Positions 1 to 10,147 of a stretch of DNA of 64,000 nucleotides are shown here, piece after piece (position 1 is the stretch's first letter; each line of letters starts with the position of its first letter). Source of the stretch: an uncultured bacterium. Lineage in GTDB: Bacteria > Chloroflexota > UBA5177 > JANWHV01. The stretch is taken from assembly GCA_963827235.1 (NCBI GenBank), contig CAWHAE010000012.1:608001-672000 (forward strand), given 5' to 3'. The notes beneath the pieces were generated by a model. That model had not been told where the DNA came from and did no database searches. It saw only the letters and a program-made list of their open reading frames with translations. A program made the translations under genes and the position numbers.

Positions 1-1
1 A

Positions 2-1585
2 CTGCTCGAGACCGGCGATTGCGAGCGGGCGGAACGCTTGCTTGCCGATGCCGGGGCGATCGCGGGCGACTTCGACGACCGATCGCTCGTGCTGGCTTGT
101 GAGGCGACGAGGGCGGAGATCCTTCTGTTGCGCGGAGAGTTCACGGCAGCGGCGGACCTCGCCGAGCGCGAGGTCTCGCTCACGGCGCGGGAGGGCAGTC
201 CCATCGCGCACTACACGGCTCTGCGCGCCCACGCCCTCGCCTGCTCGGCGCTGAGGCGGCACGACGACGCACGGCGAACGCTCGACCGGTACGTGGACTT
301 TGTCGTCACCTGGCCCGGCACCGTCCGGCTGCAGGCGGAGGTCACCCGCATCAGACTGGCATTGGCGGCGGGCGACTCGGGCGCCGCCCGCCGTGATCTG
401 GCCGCTCTTGGTGCCCTGGATCCGCCCGAGCGTCTGGCGGCGGAGATCTCACTGGAGGCCGGGACGCTTGCCCTGCTGGAGGGGCGCGATCGCGACGCCG
501 ACCGTCACCTCGGGTGTGCGGCGACCGTGCTGGCGCGATACGCCCGCCGTCCGGCGGCGGCACTGGCGCTGGTCCTGCGTGCTCAAGCCATGGTGCATCT
601 GGGCAAGCAGGCACGCGCGGCGACCATGCTCGGCCAGGCGGGGGAGCTTGCCTGCGATGCGCAGTGGCTTCCGTGGCTCGTTCACCATTCGGCAATGGCG
701 ATCGAGACGCTGCGGACCGTGGAGTCGTACTGGAGACTCCAGGGTAAGGCGCGCAAGCTCTATGAATCGCTGCTGGAGAGCGTGCCGAAGGCTGCCACGC
801 AGACGGCCGTGCGGCGCCAGTCGCCTCCGGCCGCCGTAGGCACGCAGGATGGTTCTCTCGAGCCGATCGTCTTCAGCCCATTTGGCAGCGGCACCATGAC
901 GCTGCATGAGGCCACCGTGCCGCTCTCCAGAATCGGAGGCGGGAAGGCCCAGGAGATGCTGGCCTATGCGATCTGGCAGGCTCGGCCTCTGCATCGCGAA
1001 GAGATACTGGAGGCGGTGTGGGATGGAAGGGTCGACGAGCAGTCGCTCAGCGCCTTGAGGAAGGCAGGCTATCAGATCCGTCGTCTGCTCGGCGAGCAGG
1101 CGTGGCAGCGCGCTAAGAGCATCTACACCTTCATGCCGCCTGTGGACGATGCCTATCGCTCGCTGCTGGCGACAGCAGTGGGCATTCGCGACCTGAAAGG
1201 GACGCCGGCCGAGGTCGCCGTCTTGGCCGCCCGGGCGCTCGCCAACTACTCGGCACCCTACTTGAGCTGGTGCTACAGCGACTGGGTGGAGGAGCCGCGC
1301 AGCCTGGCGGAGACGGCGGCGCTGGCTCTGATCGAGGCGCTGGCGCAGGCACGCAGGGAGCTCGGACAGCCACTGATGGCGCTGGAGGCACTTGAGCGCG
1401 GACTGGCCATGCAGCCCTACAACGAGTCGCTGCGGCGAGCGCACGTACAGCAACTGCTCGAGCTGGGCAAGCCGGTCGACGCCGCAGCAAGCTACCAGCG
1501 CCATCTTCGCGTGCTGAAGGATGAGGATCTGGGCGCGCCGTCGAGCGAGTTCCTCACACTGCGCTCGGCACTACCGACGGCGTAG
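2..1585 (+). CDS. SARP/BTAD-domain transcriptional regulator (TPR-like region + winged HTH + BTAD), 5'-truncated by window edge
   Basis: Frame is open from position 2. The C-terminal part has FSPFG..G, LHREEILEAVW, Y..PYL..CYSDWVEEPR and QPYNESLRRAHVQ...G..PS, typical of DnrI/BTAD activators. Confidence 0.8.
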   Translation: MLETGDCERAERLLADAGAIAGDFDDRSLVLACEATRAEILLLRGEFTAAADLAEREVSLTAREGSPIAHYTALRAHALACSALRRHDDARRTLDRYVDFVVTWPGTVRLQAEVTRIRLALAAGDSGAARRDLAALGALDPPERLAAEISLEAGTLALLEGRDRDADRHLGCAATVLARYARRPAAALALVLRAQAMVHLGKQARAATMLGQAGELACDAQWLPWLVHHSAMAIETLRTVESYWRLQGKARKLYESLLESVPKAATQTAVRRQSPPAAVGTQDGSLEPIVFSPFGSGTMTLHEATVPLSRIGGGKAQEMLAYAIWQARPLHREEILEAVWDGRVDEQSLSALRKAGYQIRRLLGEQAWQRAKSIYTFMPPVDDAYRSLLATAVGIRDLKGTPAEVAVLAARALANYSAPYLSWCYSDWVEEPRSLAETAALALIEALAQARRELGQPLMALEALERGLAMQPYNESLRRAHVQQLLELGKPVDAAASYQRHLRVLKDEDLGAPSSEFLTLRSALPTA

Positions 1586-1590
1586 TGAGG

Positions 1591-4536
1591 TCACGGGCTT
1601 GTCACGATCACGTTGTCGTATTCCGGCGTGTTCGCAGTGCGCAGCCCGATCTCGCCGCTTGCCAGGCTGCCGTCCGTCACCGTGGCGACCACGGTGCCGC
1701 CGATCGAGGCAGAGATGGTCGTGCCGCTGAAGGATAGCTTCAGCGTATACCACGTGCCGGTCACGGGAGTAAAGCTTCCGGATGCAAGCTGGGTAAAGGC
1801 GCCGCCCACCCGCTTCGCCAACTGCCACCGCGTGCCGTCGTGCAGCAGCAGTATATAGGCGTCGTTGAAATCGTGCCAGCGACCGGCGATGCCGAAGGGC
1901 GCCGCGCCACCCGGTGCTTTGACGCTGACGGACATGGTGTAGTTGGTCCATGTGGGATTGCCCGTGGTGAGCTCCGCGGTGTTGCTGATCGCGGCAGTTT
2001 GCTGGACCACGTGTGTTTGGTCCTGTACCACGCGCCAGGTACCGCCGCTCGAGGACACCCAGTTGGCCGGTAGTGCGCCAACGGCGTCGGACTCGAAGCT
2101 GTCGGTCAGCAAAGTCCCGCTCGTCGTCGGCGTATTGGTCGCGGTGGCACTGGGCGTGGCCGAGGCGGTCGCTGTTACCGTCGGGGTCGCCGTAGCACTG
2201 GGCGTGCTGGTGGGGCTCGGCGTGGCGGCCGCGCCCGTCCCGGTGACCAGCACGTTGTCGTACTCGGGAGTGTTCAGTGTGTGGAAGCCGACCAGACCGC
2301 TGGTCAGACTGCCATCCTTGACTGTGGCGACCACGGTGCCGCCTATCGAGGCAGTGATGGTCGTGCCGCTGAAGGCGAGCGTCAGGGTGTACCAGGATCC
2401 GGTTACCGGGGTGAACGTGCCGGAGCCAAGCTGGGAGAACGTGCCGCCCACCCGCTTGGCGAGCTGCCACTTGGTGCCGTCCCGCAAGAGCAGCATATAG
2501 GTGTCGTTGAAGTCGTGCCAGCGCCCGAGAATACCGAACGGGTTGGTGCCACCGGGTGCTTTGACGTCGGCCGAGAATGTGTAGTCGGTCCAGGCGGCAT
2601 TGCCGGCCGTGAGTTCGGCGGCAGTGGACACCGTGGCGGTCTCGGTCACGCTGTGGGACTGATCCTGCACCACGCTCCATGTGCCTCCCGTCGCGGTCCA
2701 GCCGGTCGGGGCGGCGCCGATCGAATCGGCCTCAAAGTTGTCGGAGAACAGGGTGCCGCCCGGAAGCGGCGTGTTCGTGGCGACCGGCGTGACAGGGGTA
2801 TTCGTCGTGGTAGGCGTGGCGGTCGTGGTGGGTGTGGACGACGACGACAGCAGGCCGTAAACGTTGAGGTAGCCGGAGAACGTGGCCAGGTAGACCTTGC
2901 CGTTGGCCACCGTCGGCGCCACGAACTTGGCCCGGTCTCCCACTGCATCGCGGGCCGCGTTCTGATCGCTGTCCCAGAGCTCTTTGCTCAAGTCGGAAGC
3001 GTCGAAGGCTCGCAGAATGCCGGTGCGAGTCTGCGTGTCGCTGCTACCGCTGCTGGGCATCGCTGCCCACAGAATGCCGGTACCTGCGGTGGTGCCGTTT
3101 GCCGATAGCGACATCTGGCCCGCCCCTGTCGTCAGGGCCGTCACCGTGCTCTGTGTGTTCGGCGTGGTGGCAAACAGGCCGCCGGTGAAGCGGAACTGCT
3201 TGAGGCGATCGCTGTCGCCCGACGTGTACATGAACGGCCCGTTGGGCCCGTTCCAGTACACGGGGCTGCCGCCGATGTGCATGTCGCTGCCTGGAGTCAC
3301 CTGGAACTCCTGGTGCACGAGGTCGCCCGTGGCGTTGAAGTGCCCCATATTCCCCGTGTCCACGACGTAGAGCTTGCCCTCCTTGCCGCCGCCTACCACG
3401 TAGCTGGTGCCGGGCAGAAGCAGGACTCCCGAGGAGCCCAGGTCAAGATCCTGGTTGTTCAGGTTTACCTGGTCGCTGGGAGAGAAGTAGTCGGTCACGG
3501 CGCCTGCCGGGCTTACCTTCACGAAGCTGTCGCCGTAGCTGGCCCCGCCGCTGCCGATCGTGAGAGCGCCGTTGCCGGTCATGGCATAGATGTTGCCGGC
3601 GGCATCGGCCGCCGGGCCTTCGCCGCTCTGCCAGATGCCCGCGGCCTGCGTGTCCGGCGACAGGTTGACCACTACCGTCTGCGCGAGCGTGGCGGCGTTG
3701 TATCCGAGCAGCCAGCCGTTGTAGGGTTCCTGCTCGCCATGTCCGGCAAAGCCGATGTAGACGTTGCCGTTGACCAGCAGCAGCGCGGAGCGCTGAAGCT
3801 GCTTGAAGGCGCGGAACGTGATCACGCCCTTATTGCTGTTTCCGCCGGTACCGGGTACGGTCGCCGCGATGACGACCGGGCCGCCAAACTTCTCGGCGCC
3901 CGTGCGGATGTCGAGCGCGTGCAGGCGGAAGTAGTAGGTGGCCGTGCCGTTGACCATCTCTTTCGTGAAGGCCACCGCGTACAACGTATTGCTGGCCGGG
4001 TCGATGACCGGCGTGCTGAGGATACCTACCTCGACGGCGATATCGTGAAAACCGGTACCGAAGTCGACCGCCGGGGAAGACGGGCCGAGATTGGTGCTCC
4101 AGAGCGGAGTAGTCTGTGCCGGATCATCGGCGTCGAAGGCGTAGACCGTGTTGTGCATGGTCGCTACGTAGACGACGTTGTGGGTACCCCCGGCGATGGA
4201 GACGTCCGGCACGTAGAGCGGCTGAGCATAGATCTGCCCGTCTACCGGTCGCTTGAACAGCAGACCAAACCCGGCCACGTTGACGTTCGATGTGGTGAGG
4301 ATCGACTCGTTCAGGTTGTCACCCGAACGGTTGTTGTCGTTATGCTGTGTCAGCACGCTGGCCAGGCCGGCCGCCTTGCTGGTCGAAGGATCGAGTATCG
4401 TCAGCCTGGGCGCCATGGCGGCGATCACCGCCGCGGCGAGTAACCAGAGGAACATCGAGCGCCGGAGCAGCCCGCTCCGCGGAGTTCTGCCCGGCCATAC
4501 CGGAGACGCGCTACCGTGGGTTGCTGGATTGTGCAT
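1591..4536 (-). CDS. Secreted PQQ-like beta-propeller protein with Thr/Pro linkers and two tandem DUF1080/laminin-G-like lectin domains
   Basis: N-terminal hydrophobic segment; VLTQHNDNNRSGDNLNE, VDGQIYAQPLYV, AKFVAPTVANGKVY; TPT-rich linkers; two ~170-aa repeats starting LFSDNFE/LLTDSFE. Start uncertain (4581, 4536 or later). Confidence 0.75.
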   Translation of the reverse strand: MHNPATHGSASPVWPGRTPRSGLLRRSMFLWLLAAAVIAAMAPRLTILDPSTSKAAGLASVLTQHNDNNRSGDNLNESILTTSNVNVAGFGLLFKRPVDGQIYAQPLYVPDVSIAGGTHNVVYVATMHNTVYAFDADDPAQTTPLWSTNLGPSSPAVDFGTGFHDIAVEVGILSTPVIDPASNTLYAVAFTKEMVNGTATYYFRLHALDIRTGAEKFGGPVVIAATVPGTGGNSNKGVITFRAFKQLQRSALLLVNGNVYIGFAGHGEQEPYNGWLLGYNAATLAQTVVVNLSPDTQAAGIWQSGEGPAADAAGNIYAMTGNGALTIGSGGASYGDSFVKVSPAGAVTDYFSPSDQVNLNNQDLDLGSSGVLLLPGTSYVVGGGKEGKLYVVDTGNMGHFNATGDLVHQEFQVTPGSDMHIGGSPVYWNGPNGPFMYTSGDSDRLKQFRFTGGLFATTPNTQSTVTALTTGAGQMSLSANGTTAGTGILWAAMPSSGSSDTQTRTGILRAFDASDLSKELWDSDQNAARDAVGDRAKFVAPTVANGKVYLATFSGYLNVYGLLSSSSTPTTTATPTTTNTPVTPVATNTPLPGGTLFSDNFEADSIGAAPTGWTATGGTWSVVQDQSHSVTETATVSTAAELTAGNAAWTDYTFSADVKAPGGTNPFGILGRWHDFNDTYMLLLRDGTKWQLAKRVGGTFSQLGSGTFTPVTGSWYTLTLAFSGTTITASIGGTVVATVKDGSLTSGLVGFHTLNTPEYDNVLVTGTGAAATPSPTSTPSATATPTVTATASATPSATATNTPTTSGTLLTDSFESDAVGALPANWVSSSGGTWRVVQDQTHVVQQTAAISNTAELTTGNPTWTNYTMSVSVKAPGGAAPFGIAGRWHDFNDAYILLLHDGTRWQLAKRVGGAFTQLASGSFTPVTGTWYTLKLSFSGTTISASIGGTVVATVTDGSLASGEIGLRTANTPEYDNVIVTSP
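1595..2755 (-). repeat. Intragenic tandem domain duplication (two DUF1080-like modules)
   Basis: Near-identical blocks GRWHDFND..LL.DGT.WQLAKRVGG.F.QL.SG.FTPVTG.WYTL.L.FSGTTI.ASIGGTVVATV.DGSL at about 1595-2115 and 2240-2755, also highly similar at DNA level. Confidence 0.85.
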
Positions 4537-4556
4537 CTGGCTTCTCATCCGTTCGA

Positions 4557-5684
4557 CTATGACGCCATCGAGGCGAACCACTTGGCCACCACCCGGCCGG
4601 TTGCAGTCTGCGAGCCCGTGTAGAGATCGATCGCCCGCTCGGGAGCGGTTGGGCTATTGCCGCTGAGCTGCCAGTATTCGACGCCCGCGATATACGATTG
4701 TTGCGCCATCCAGCCCATGATGCGATCGGTCGTGTTCGCCGTTGCGGGCTGGGCGCCGCTTTCAATGGTGTCGCCCCATTCGACCACGATTGGCTTGTGG
4801 AACGCGTTCCAGCTCGCTTGCAACTGGGAGGTGAAGCGCGTGAAGTCGATCGTGAAATGGTCGACGTTGTAGACGCTGGAGTAGGTGAGGGCCTGCGGCG
4901 TGACATAAGAATAGGAATCGCCGGCAAGGCCGAACCAGCCCGAGGCCACATTCTTGCCGATGCGCTGGAACGCAGCCTGGTCGACACGGCCAAAATCGCT
5001 CAGCCACTGATTGAAGGCGGCCGTGGACGGAAACTGGCAAACCTGCTTCGGGCAATGGGCCGCCGATGTGCCGGCAGGTCCGTTGGCGATGCCGTCGTTC
5101 TGCGGCTCGCCGAACGGCTCGAAGATGTCGCCATCCTGGAACAGATCGGCGTGGCGCAGGATCCACTGGAAGGTCATGCCCATATAGGACGTGGTGTCGG
5201 TGCCTTGCAGTACCGCCGAAACTCCGCCGCTAGTCTCATACGGTATGGCAGGGCTGGTGCTGTACGAGAGCTTGGCCATGCCGAAGCCGCCGGCCCAGTG
5301 ATTCCAGTTGCCGCGGTAGATCACGTGCAGGCCGGCGGCGTGTATGGTGCGCGTCCAGGCTCGCAAGTACTGGTCCGGCGATAGCGGACCTACGTGGCAG
5401 CTGAAACCCGAGGCGTCGTCAAGCGGCACGCTCTCTGAGGCGAGGTTGGCGTGGAACTGGGCCACGTAGCCCACCAGCCGCGTGATGGCGGCCTGACCGT
5501 ATTGGCTACAAACGGTGTCGTGTGAGAGGCTCGTCAAGCCCATGTCGCGCACCGACCAGCCGCGTGTCGTCCTGGATTCCCATGCCATCGCACTGGTGGG
5601 GTGGGCGCCGCAGAGCGGAAGGACCACCACGGCCAGAGTGGCAACCAAGCGGTCGATCTTGCCGAAGCGTGAGCGTATTGCCAT
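4557..5684 (-). CDS. Secreted putative TIM-barrel glycoside hydrolase (clan GH-A-like), family unclear
   Basis: Signal-peptide-like N-terminus; IHAAGLHVIYRG, FEPFGEP (candidate acid/base), KPIVVEWG (candidate nucleophile), GVEYW. Confidence 0.55.
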   Translation of the reverse strand: MAIRSRFGKIDRLVATLAVVVLPLCGAHPTSAMAWESRTTRGWSVRDMGLTSLSHDTVCSQYGQAAITRLVGYVAQFHANLASESVPLDDASGFSCHVGPLSPDQYLRAWTRTIHAAGLHVIYRGNWNHWAGGFGMAKLSYSTSPAIPYETSGGVSAVLQGTDTTSYMGMTFQWILRHADLFQDGDIFEPFGEPQNDGIANGPAGTSAAHCPKQVCQFPSTAAFNQWLSDFGRVDQAAFQRIGKNVASGWFGLAGDSYSYVTPQALTYSSVYNVDHFTIDFTRFTSQLQASWNAFHKPIVVEWGDTIESGAQPATANTTDRIMGWMAQQSYIAGVEYWQLSGNSPTAPERAIDLYTGSQTATGRVVAKWFASMAS

Positions 5685-6057
5685 GTGCACACCAATCTGG
5701 GCAGCGTCGAACGGTAGATGTAAAGCGTGGTGAATCGTTCTCCCGAGACCGCAGCTTCCGGCGAACGTTGCCGAAGCATGCGGCGCCGGGTCGAGGGACA
5801 TGGAGCGATGGCACGGCTGTGAACCCGCCTCGATTCATCGTAAAGGACGACCCGGGCGGCATGGAGCACCTGATCGGATATCAGTTCCACGCCATGCGTA
5901 TGTGAAACAATCTCTTCCGATCGACCCGATGGTCGTGCCGGCGGGATTGCTCGCGGTGTCAGTCGCCGCGATTGTAGACTTTGCGGAGCCACTGCTTGGC
6001 TGCTGAACGCCCCATTTCCGCGGCCCGTTCATCGCCGTATGATGCGCACGGATACGC

Positions 6058-6927
6058 ATGCCGCCGGCGATAGGACTACATGTGACCGTCTCGCTGCCTC
6101 CGGATACACGGGGTCGTACGCCTACCTCGCGGGCCCAGTTCCTGCGGGGCGCGTGCATTCTCGTGCTGGCCGTGCTCCTTGGAGCGGCCGGCGCATTGCT
6201 CGCCTACCATCCGGCCGCCCCCGAGCGGACGGCGGGCGTGGCTGCCGTCCGCATCCTCTTCGTCGGCAACAGCTACACCTACGTGAACGACCTGCCCGGC
6301 ACGGTGTCGAGCTTGTCCGCTGCCGGCGGGCATCCGGTCGAGACCGCCACGCTGGCCGAAGGAGGATGGACGCTCGCTCAGCATGAGGCCTCGCCCGAGA
6401 CAGGCGCCATGCTGCGGCAGCATAAGTGGGACTACGTGGTACTGCAGGAACAGAGCGAGATTCCGGCAAGCCCCTATTCCAGGACGACGGTCATGTATCC
6501 GGCCGTGCGGCAGCTCGTGAGCCAGGTCCGGGCTGCCGGCTCCCAGCCGATCCTGTTCCTCACCTGGGGGCATCGGGACGGCTGGCCCCAGGCAGGCTAC
6601 CAGAGCTTCTCGACCATGCAGGACCAGCTCACGGCAGGCTACCTGGGGATCGCGCAGGAACTGCAGGTTCCCGTATCTCCGGCAGGTGAGGCTTGGCGGC
6701 GGGTGAGGGCATCCGCGCCCACACTGGACCTGTGGCAGGAGGACGGCAGCCATCCCACTACCGCGGGCACTTACCTGGCCGCATGCGTGTTCTACGCTAC
6801 AATCTTCCGGCAGAGCCCGCTGGGGCTGAGCTACGGTGACGGCCTCGAGGCGGGCACCTCGCGGACCCTGCAGAGCCTGGCCGCCGGCACCGTCCTGTCC
6901 GACCCACCGATCTGGTACCTGCGCTAG
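6058..6927 (+). CDS. SGNH/GDSL hydrolase (DUF4886-like), membrane-anchored
   Basis: ILFVGNSYT (block I), WDYVVLQEQS, DGSHP (block V); N-terminal TM segment. Start uncertain. Confidence 0.85.
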   Translation: MPPAIGLHVTVSLPPDTRGRTPTSRAQFLRGACILVLAVLLGAAGALLAYHPAAPERTAGVAAVRILFVGNSYTYVNDLPGTVSSLSAAGGHPVETATLAEGGWTLAQHEASPETGAMLRQHKWDYVVLQEQSEIPASPYSRTTVMYPAVRQLVSQVRAAGSQPILFLTWGHRDGWPQAGYQSFSTMQDQLTAGYLGIAQELQVPVSPAGEAWRRVRASAPTLDLWQEDGSHPTTAGTYLAACVFYATIFRQSPLGLSYGDGLEAGTSRTLQSLAAGTVLSDPPIWYLR

Positions 6928-7175
6928 GGCACTTGCCGAACAGCAAACATGGCTGCGCCAAGGCCGGGCAGGCCGATGCCACGCGCGTGATTGGCGCCGA
7001 ACCCTCGACCCGAGTTTTGCGCGAGTATGCCGAGACCGGAAGGCGAGGTTCCCCGCCGTCATGCGCCTGGCGGGCAGTCTGTCTCGGCCGTACGCGCACG
7101 CGCACGCGCGCATCAGCTGTTGGCTTGTGTACCACATGCTATACTCGAACCTGGACCAATACGATGCGAAGGTCC

Positions 7176-7265
7176 GCCGCTAGGGGTGCGCGCAGGCGCT
7201 GAGAGGTGGCTATAAGCCATCAACCCTCCGAACCTGATCCGGTTAGTACCGGCGAAGGGAAGCCG
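7176..7265 (+). ncRNA. TPP (THI-box) riboswitch
   Basis: Canonical segments GGGGTGC..GCTGAGA..AACCC..GAACCTGATCCGGTTAGTACCGGCGAAGGGAAG, directly upstream of thiamine genes. Confidence 0.95.
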
Positions 7266-7286
7266 CAACGGCGCTCAAGGAGGATG

Positions 7287-7328
7287 GGCCGCCGGCTCCC
7301 AGCAACGGGAACCGGCGGCCTTCGCGTT
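7287..7328 (+). terminator. Candidate riboswitch expression-platform hairpin/terminator
   Basis: GGCCGCCGGCTCCC / GGGAACCGGCGGCC stem followed by a weak TTCGCGTT tail, between the aptamer and the first CDS. Confidence 0.55.
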
Positions 7329-7369
7329 GCAGTGGATGAATCCGCTGCTGCCGGAAGGAGCGCCGGTCT

Positions 7370-8170
7370 ATGCTATCGCCGTACGTCTACGTGGAGCGTG
7401 TGAGCCACGCCTTTGCCCGTGGCCGGGATCCTGCCGTCGAGGCGTTGCGCGACGTCTCGTTCACGGTCGAGCGGGGTGAGTTTGCCAGCCTGGTCGGGCC
7501 CAGCGGTTGCGGCAAGAGCACCCTGCTGCGCCTGCTGGCCGGGCTCCTGCAGCCCACGCGAGGCAACCTGACGGTCGGAGACGCACCCACCGGCCGGCTT
7601 CTGGGGGCCGCCGGGTACATGCCGCAGCGCGACCTCCTGATGCCCTGGCGCACGGTAATCGACAATGCTACCGTGGCATTGGAGTTCGCCGGCGTGCCGC
7701 GCCGCGCCGCTCGGGAGCGTGCCCGGGCGCTGCTGCCCACGTTCGGTCTGGAGGCCTTCGAGACGGCGCGCCCCGCGTCGCTCTCCGGCGGTATGCGCCA
7801 GCGCGTATCGCTGCTGCGCACCGTCCTGGCCGGGCACCGCCTGCTGCTGCTCGACGAGCCCTTCGGCGCCCTGGACGCTATCACACGCGCCGAGCTGCAC
7901 GAATGGCTGGTCGACGTGCTCGCCGGGCTCGAGGCTACCGTGATCCTGGTCACCCACGACCTGGATGAAGCGGCGTTCCTCTCCGATCGCGTCTACGTGA
8001 TGACCGAGCGCCCCGGGCGTATCGCCGCTTCCGTAGCGGTTCCCATCCCGCGGCCCCGTACCTACGAGGCCACCACCACCGGCCAGTTCGTTGACATAAA
8101 GCGATCGCTGTTGGAGGCTTTGCGCGCGGCTCGAAGGCCGTTGCCTGCCGCGGCCGGAGGTGGGCGATGA
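7370..8170 (+). CDS. thiZ: ABC transporter ATP-binding subunit (HMP/thiamine-precursor uptake, ThiZ-like)
   Basis: Walker A GPSGCGKS, LSGGMRQR, LLLLDEPFGALD; first gene under the TPP riboswitch. Confidence 0.85.
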   Translation: MLSPYVYVERVSHAFARGRDPAVEALRDVSFTVERGEFASLVGPSGCGKSTLLRLLAGLLQPTRGNLTVGDAPTGRLLGAAGYMPQRDLLMPWRTVIDNATVALEFAGVPRRAARERARALLPTFGLEAFETARPASLSGGMRQRVSLLRTVLAGHRLLLLDEPFGALDAITRAELHEWLVDVLAGLEATVILVTHDLDEAAFLSDRVYVMTERPGRIAASVAVPIPRPRTYEATTTGQFVDIKRSLLEALRAARRPLPAAAGGGR

Positions 8171-9030
8171 GGCAGCAGACCGGAGCAGGCCGGCCGGCGA
8201 CATGCCGCCTCTGGCGCGCCTCCGCCGTAGGGCGTGCGCCCAGCCGTGGCCCGGCGCGGCGCCGCCGTCGCTGGGCAGGCTGGCTGCTTTCGGCGCTCAT
8301 CGTCGTCGCGCTGCTGCTCGGCTGGCAGGCGGTGATCTGGATAGGGAATCTGGAGGAATACATCCTGCCGACGCCGCTGGAAGTGTTGCAGGCGTTCGGG
8401 CAGTCCGACACGCGCGGCTTGATCCTCGACAACCTCGGTCCCACGCTGACCGAGGCCTCGCTGGGTTTCGCGCTGTGCCTGGTCGTAGGCGCCCTGCTGG
8501 CCGTGGCCATGTTCGCCTCGCGCGTGGTGCGCGACGGGCTCTATCCCCTGTTGATCGCTTCGCAGGCCATCCCCACCATCGCCATTGGCGCCGTCCTGCT
8601 GGTGGCGCTAGGCTACGGACCGCAGCCGAAGATCGCGGTAGTGGTGCTGTACTCGTTCTTCGCCGTCAGCGTGAACGTCTACGACAGCCTGCAAGCGCTC
8701 GATCCCGAGCTTCCCGCCCTGCTTCGCACGCTTGGCGCCTCACCCTGGCAGGTGTTGTGGACCGCGCGCGTCCCCGCCGCCCTACCGGGCTTCTTCACCG
8801 GCGCCAAGCTGGCCGCTACGTACAGCATCTCGGGAGCCATCTATGGCGAGTGGGTGGGCGCCACCGGCGGCCTGGGCTATGCCCTTCAGATGGCGGCCAA
8901 TCAGAATCACTCGCCCACGGTGCTGGCCATCGTCGTGGTCATGGCAGTGCTGGGCATCCTGGCGTTTTCCATCGTGGCCGTGCTCGAGCGGCTATTCGTG
9001 CCCTGGTCCGGAGGAGGATTGGATCGATGA
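8167..9030 (+). CDS. thiX: ABC permease (ThiX/SsuC-like)
   Basis: YILPTP, SQAIP, LGASPWQ, GEWVG..GGLGY; ATGA overlap with the ATPase gene. Confidence 0.85.
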   Translation: MRQQTGAGRPATCRLWRASAVGRAPSRGPARRRRRWAGWLLSALIVVALLLGWQAVIWIGNLEEYILPTPLEVLQAFGQSDTRGLILDNLGPTLTEASLGFALCLVVGALLAVAMFASRVVRDGLYPLLIASQAIPTIAIGAVLLVALGYGPQPKIAVVVLYSFFAVSVNVYDSLQALDPELPALLRTLGASPWQVLWTARVPAALPGFFTGAKLAATYSISGAIYGEWVGATGGLGYALQMAANQNHSPTVLAIVVVMAVLGILAFSIVAVLERLFVPWSGGGLDR

Positions 9031-10124
9031 CCGAAGGCTCAGTTGTGAACAGGGCGGCAGAGACCACCGGTGCCCGGTCCGCACCGGATCGGCGAGCGGA
9101 GGTCTCGTCGATCACGTGCGGCCGGCGCGGCGGGAGTGTGGCCGTGATGCGCGTGGCCGTTCTCCTCGTGCTGTGCCTGGCAACGCTGGGCGGTGCGGCC
9201 TCACCTGCCGGCGCCGCCGGACACCGCAAGGTGACCGTGTGGCTGGACTGGTATCCCAACACCGACCACGCGGGCATCTACGTGGCGCAGGCCAAGGGGT
9301 ACTACGCGGCGGCCGGCCTGGACGTCAACGTGCAGGTGCCCGCGGGGGCCGCCGATGCCGTCAAGCTGGTGGCGCACGGCACGGGCGATATCGCTATCTC
9401 CTACGAGCCGACCGTGCTGCTGTCGAGCCAGGAAGGTATTCCGGTGGTGGCGGTCGGCGCCATCGTGCAGAAGCCGCTCAACGCGCTGGTCGCCCTGCGC
9501 AGCACGGGCATCAGTCGCCCCCGCCAGCTCGAGGGGCACACGGTGGGTATGGCGGGCGAGCCGAGCGACTACACCAATCTGCAGGCAGTGGTGCAGGACG
9601 ACGGCGGGATTTACGGCAAGGTCCATGCCGTCAACGTCGGCTACAACCTGTTGCCGGCTTTGCTCAGCCACCGCGTGGATGCCGTGATCGGCGTTTACTG
9701 GACCTGGGAAGCGCTGCAGGCCACGGCGGCCGGCAAGCCGGTCAACGTGATGCGGCTCGAGAGCTACGGTGTGCCCACCTACGACGAGCTGGTGTTCATC
9801 ACCGGCAAGACGCAGATCGCCGGCGAATCGGACACCATCCGCGCGTTTCTGAAGGCCACCTACAAAGGCTATGCCTACGCCTCGGCGCACACGGTCGAGA
9901 CGACCCAGATCTTGCTCAAGGTACCGGGAGTGCTGTCCACCAGCCGCTCCCTGATCGAGCAGAGTCTCGGCCTGCTGTCGCCGCTCTTCAAGGACGGCAA
10001 GGGCGCGTACGGCACCATGGACCAGCGCGCGTGGCAGGCATACGCCGACTGGATGACGGCGAAGAAGCTGATGCCGGGTCGCCTGGACGTCTCCCAGGCT
10101 ATGACGGCTTCGCTGCTCCCATGA
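9027..10124 (+). CDS. thiY: NMT1/THI5-like substrate-binding protein (ThiY)
   Basis: LDWYPNTDHAGIYVAQAKGYY, YGVPTYDELV; signal peptide. Start is 9027 or 9147. Confidence 0.9.
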   Translation: MTEGSVVNRAAETTGARSAPDRRAEVSSITCGRRGGSVAVMRVAVLLVLCLATLGGAASPAGAAGHRKVTVWLDWYPNTDHAGIYVAQAKGYYAAAGLDVNVQVPAGAADAVKLVAHGTGDIAISYEPTVLLSSQEGIPVVAVGAIVQKPLNALVALRSTGISRPRQLEGHTVGMAGEPSDYTNLQAVVQDDGGIYGKVHAVNVGYNLLPALLSHRVDAVIGVYWTWEALQATAAGKPVNVMRLESYGVPTYDELVFITGKTQIAGESDTIRAFLKATYKGYAYASAHTVETTQILLKVPGVLSTSRSLIEQSLGLLSPLFKDGKGAYGTMDQRAWQAYADWMTAKKLMPGRLDVSQAMTASLLP

Positions 10125-10147
10125 GCGGCAGAAGCGAAAGGACGAGA

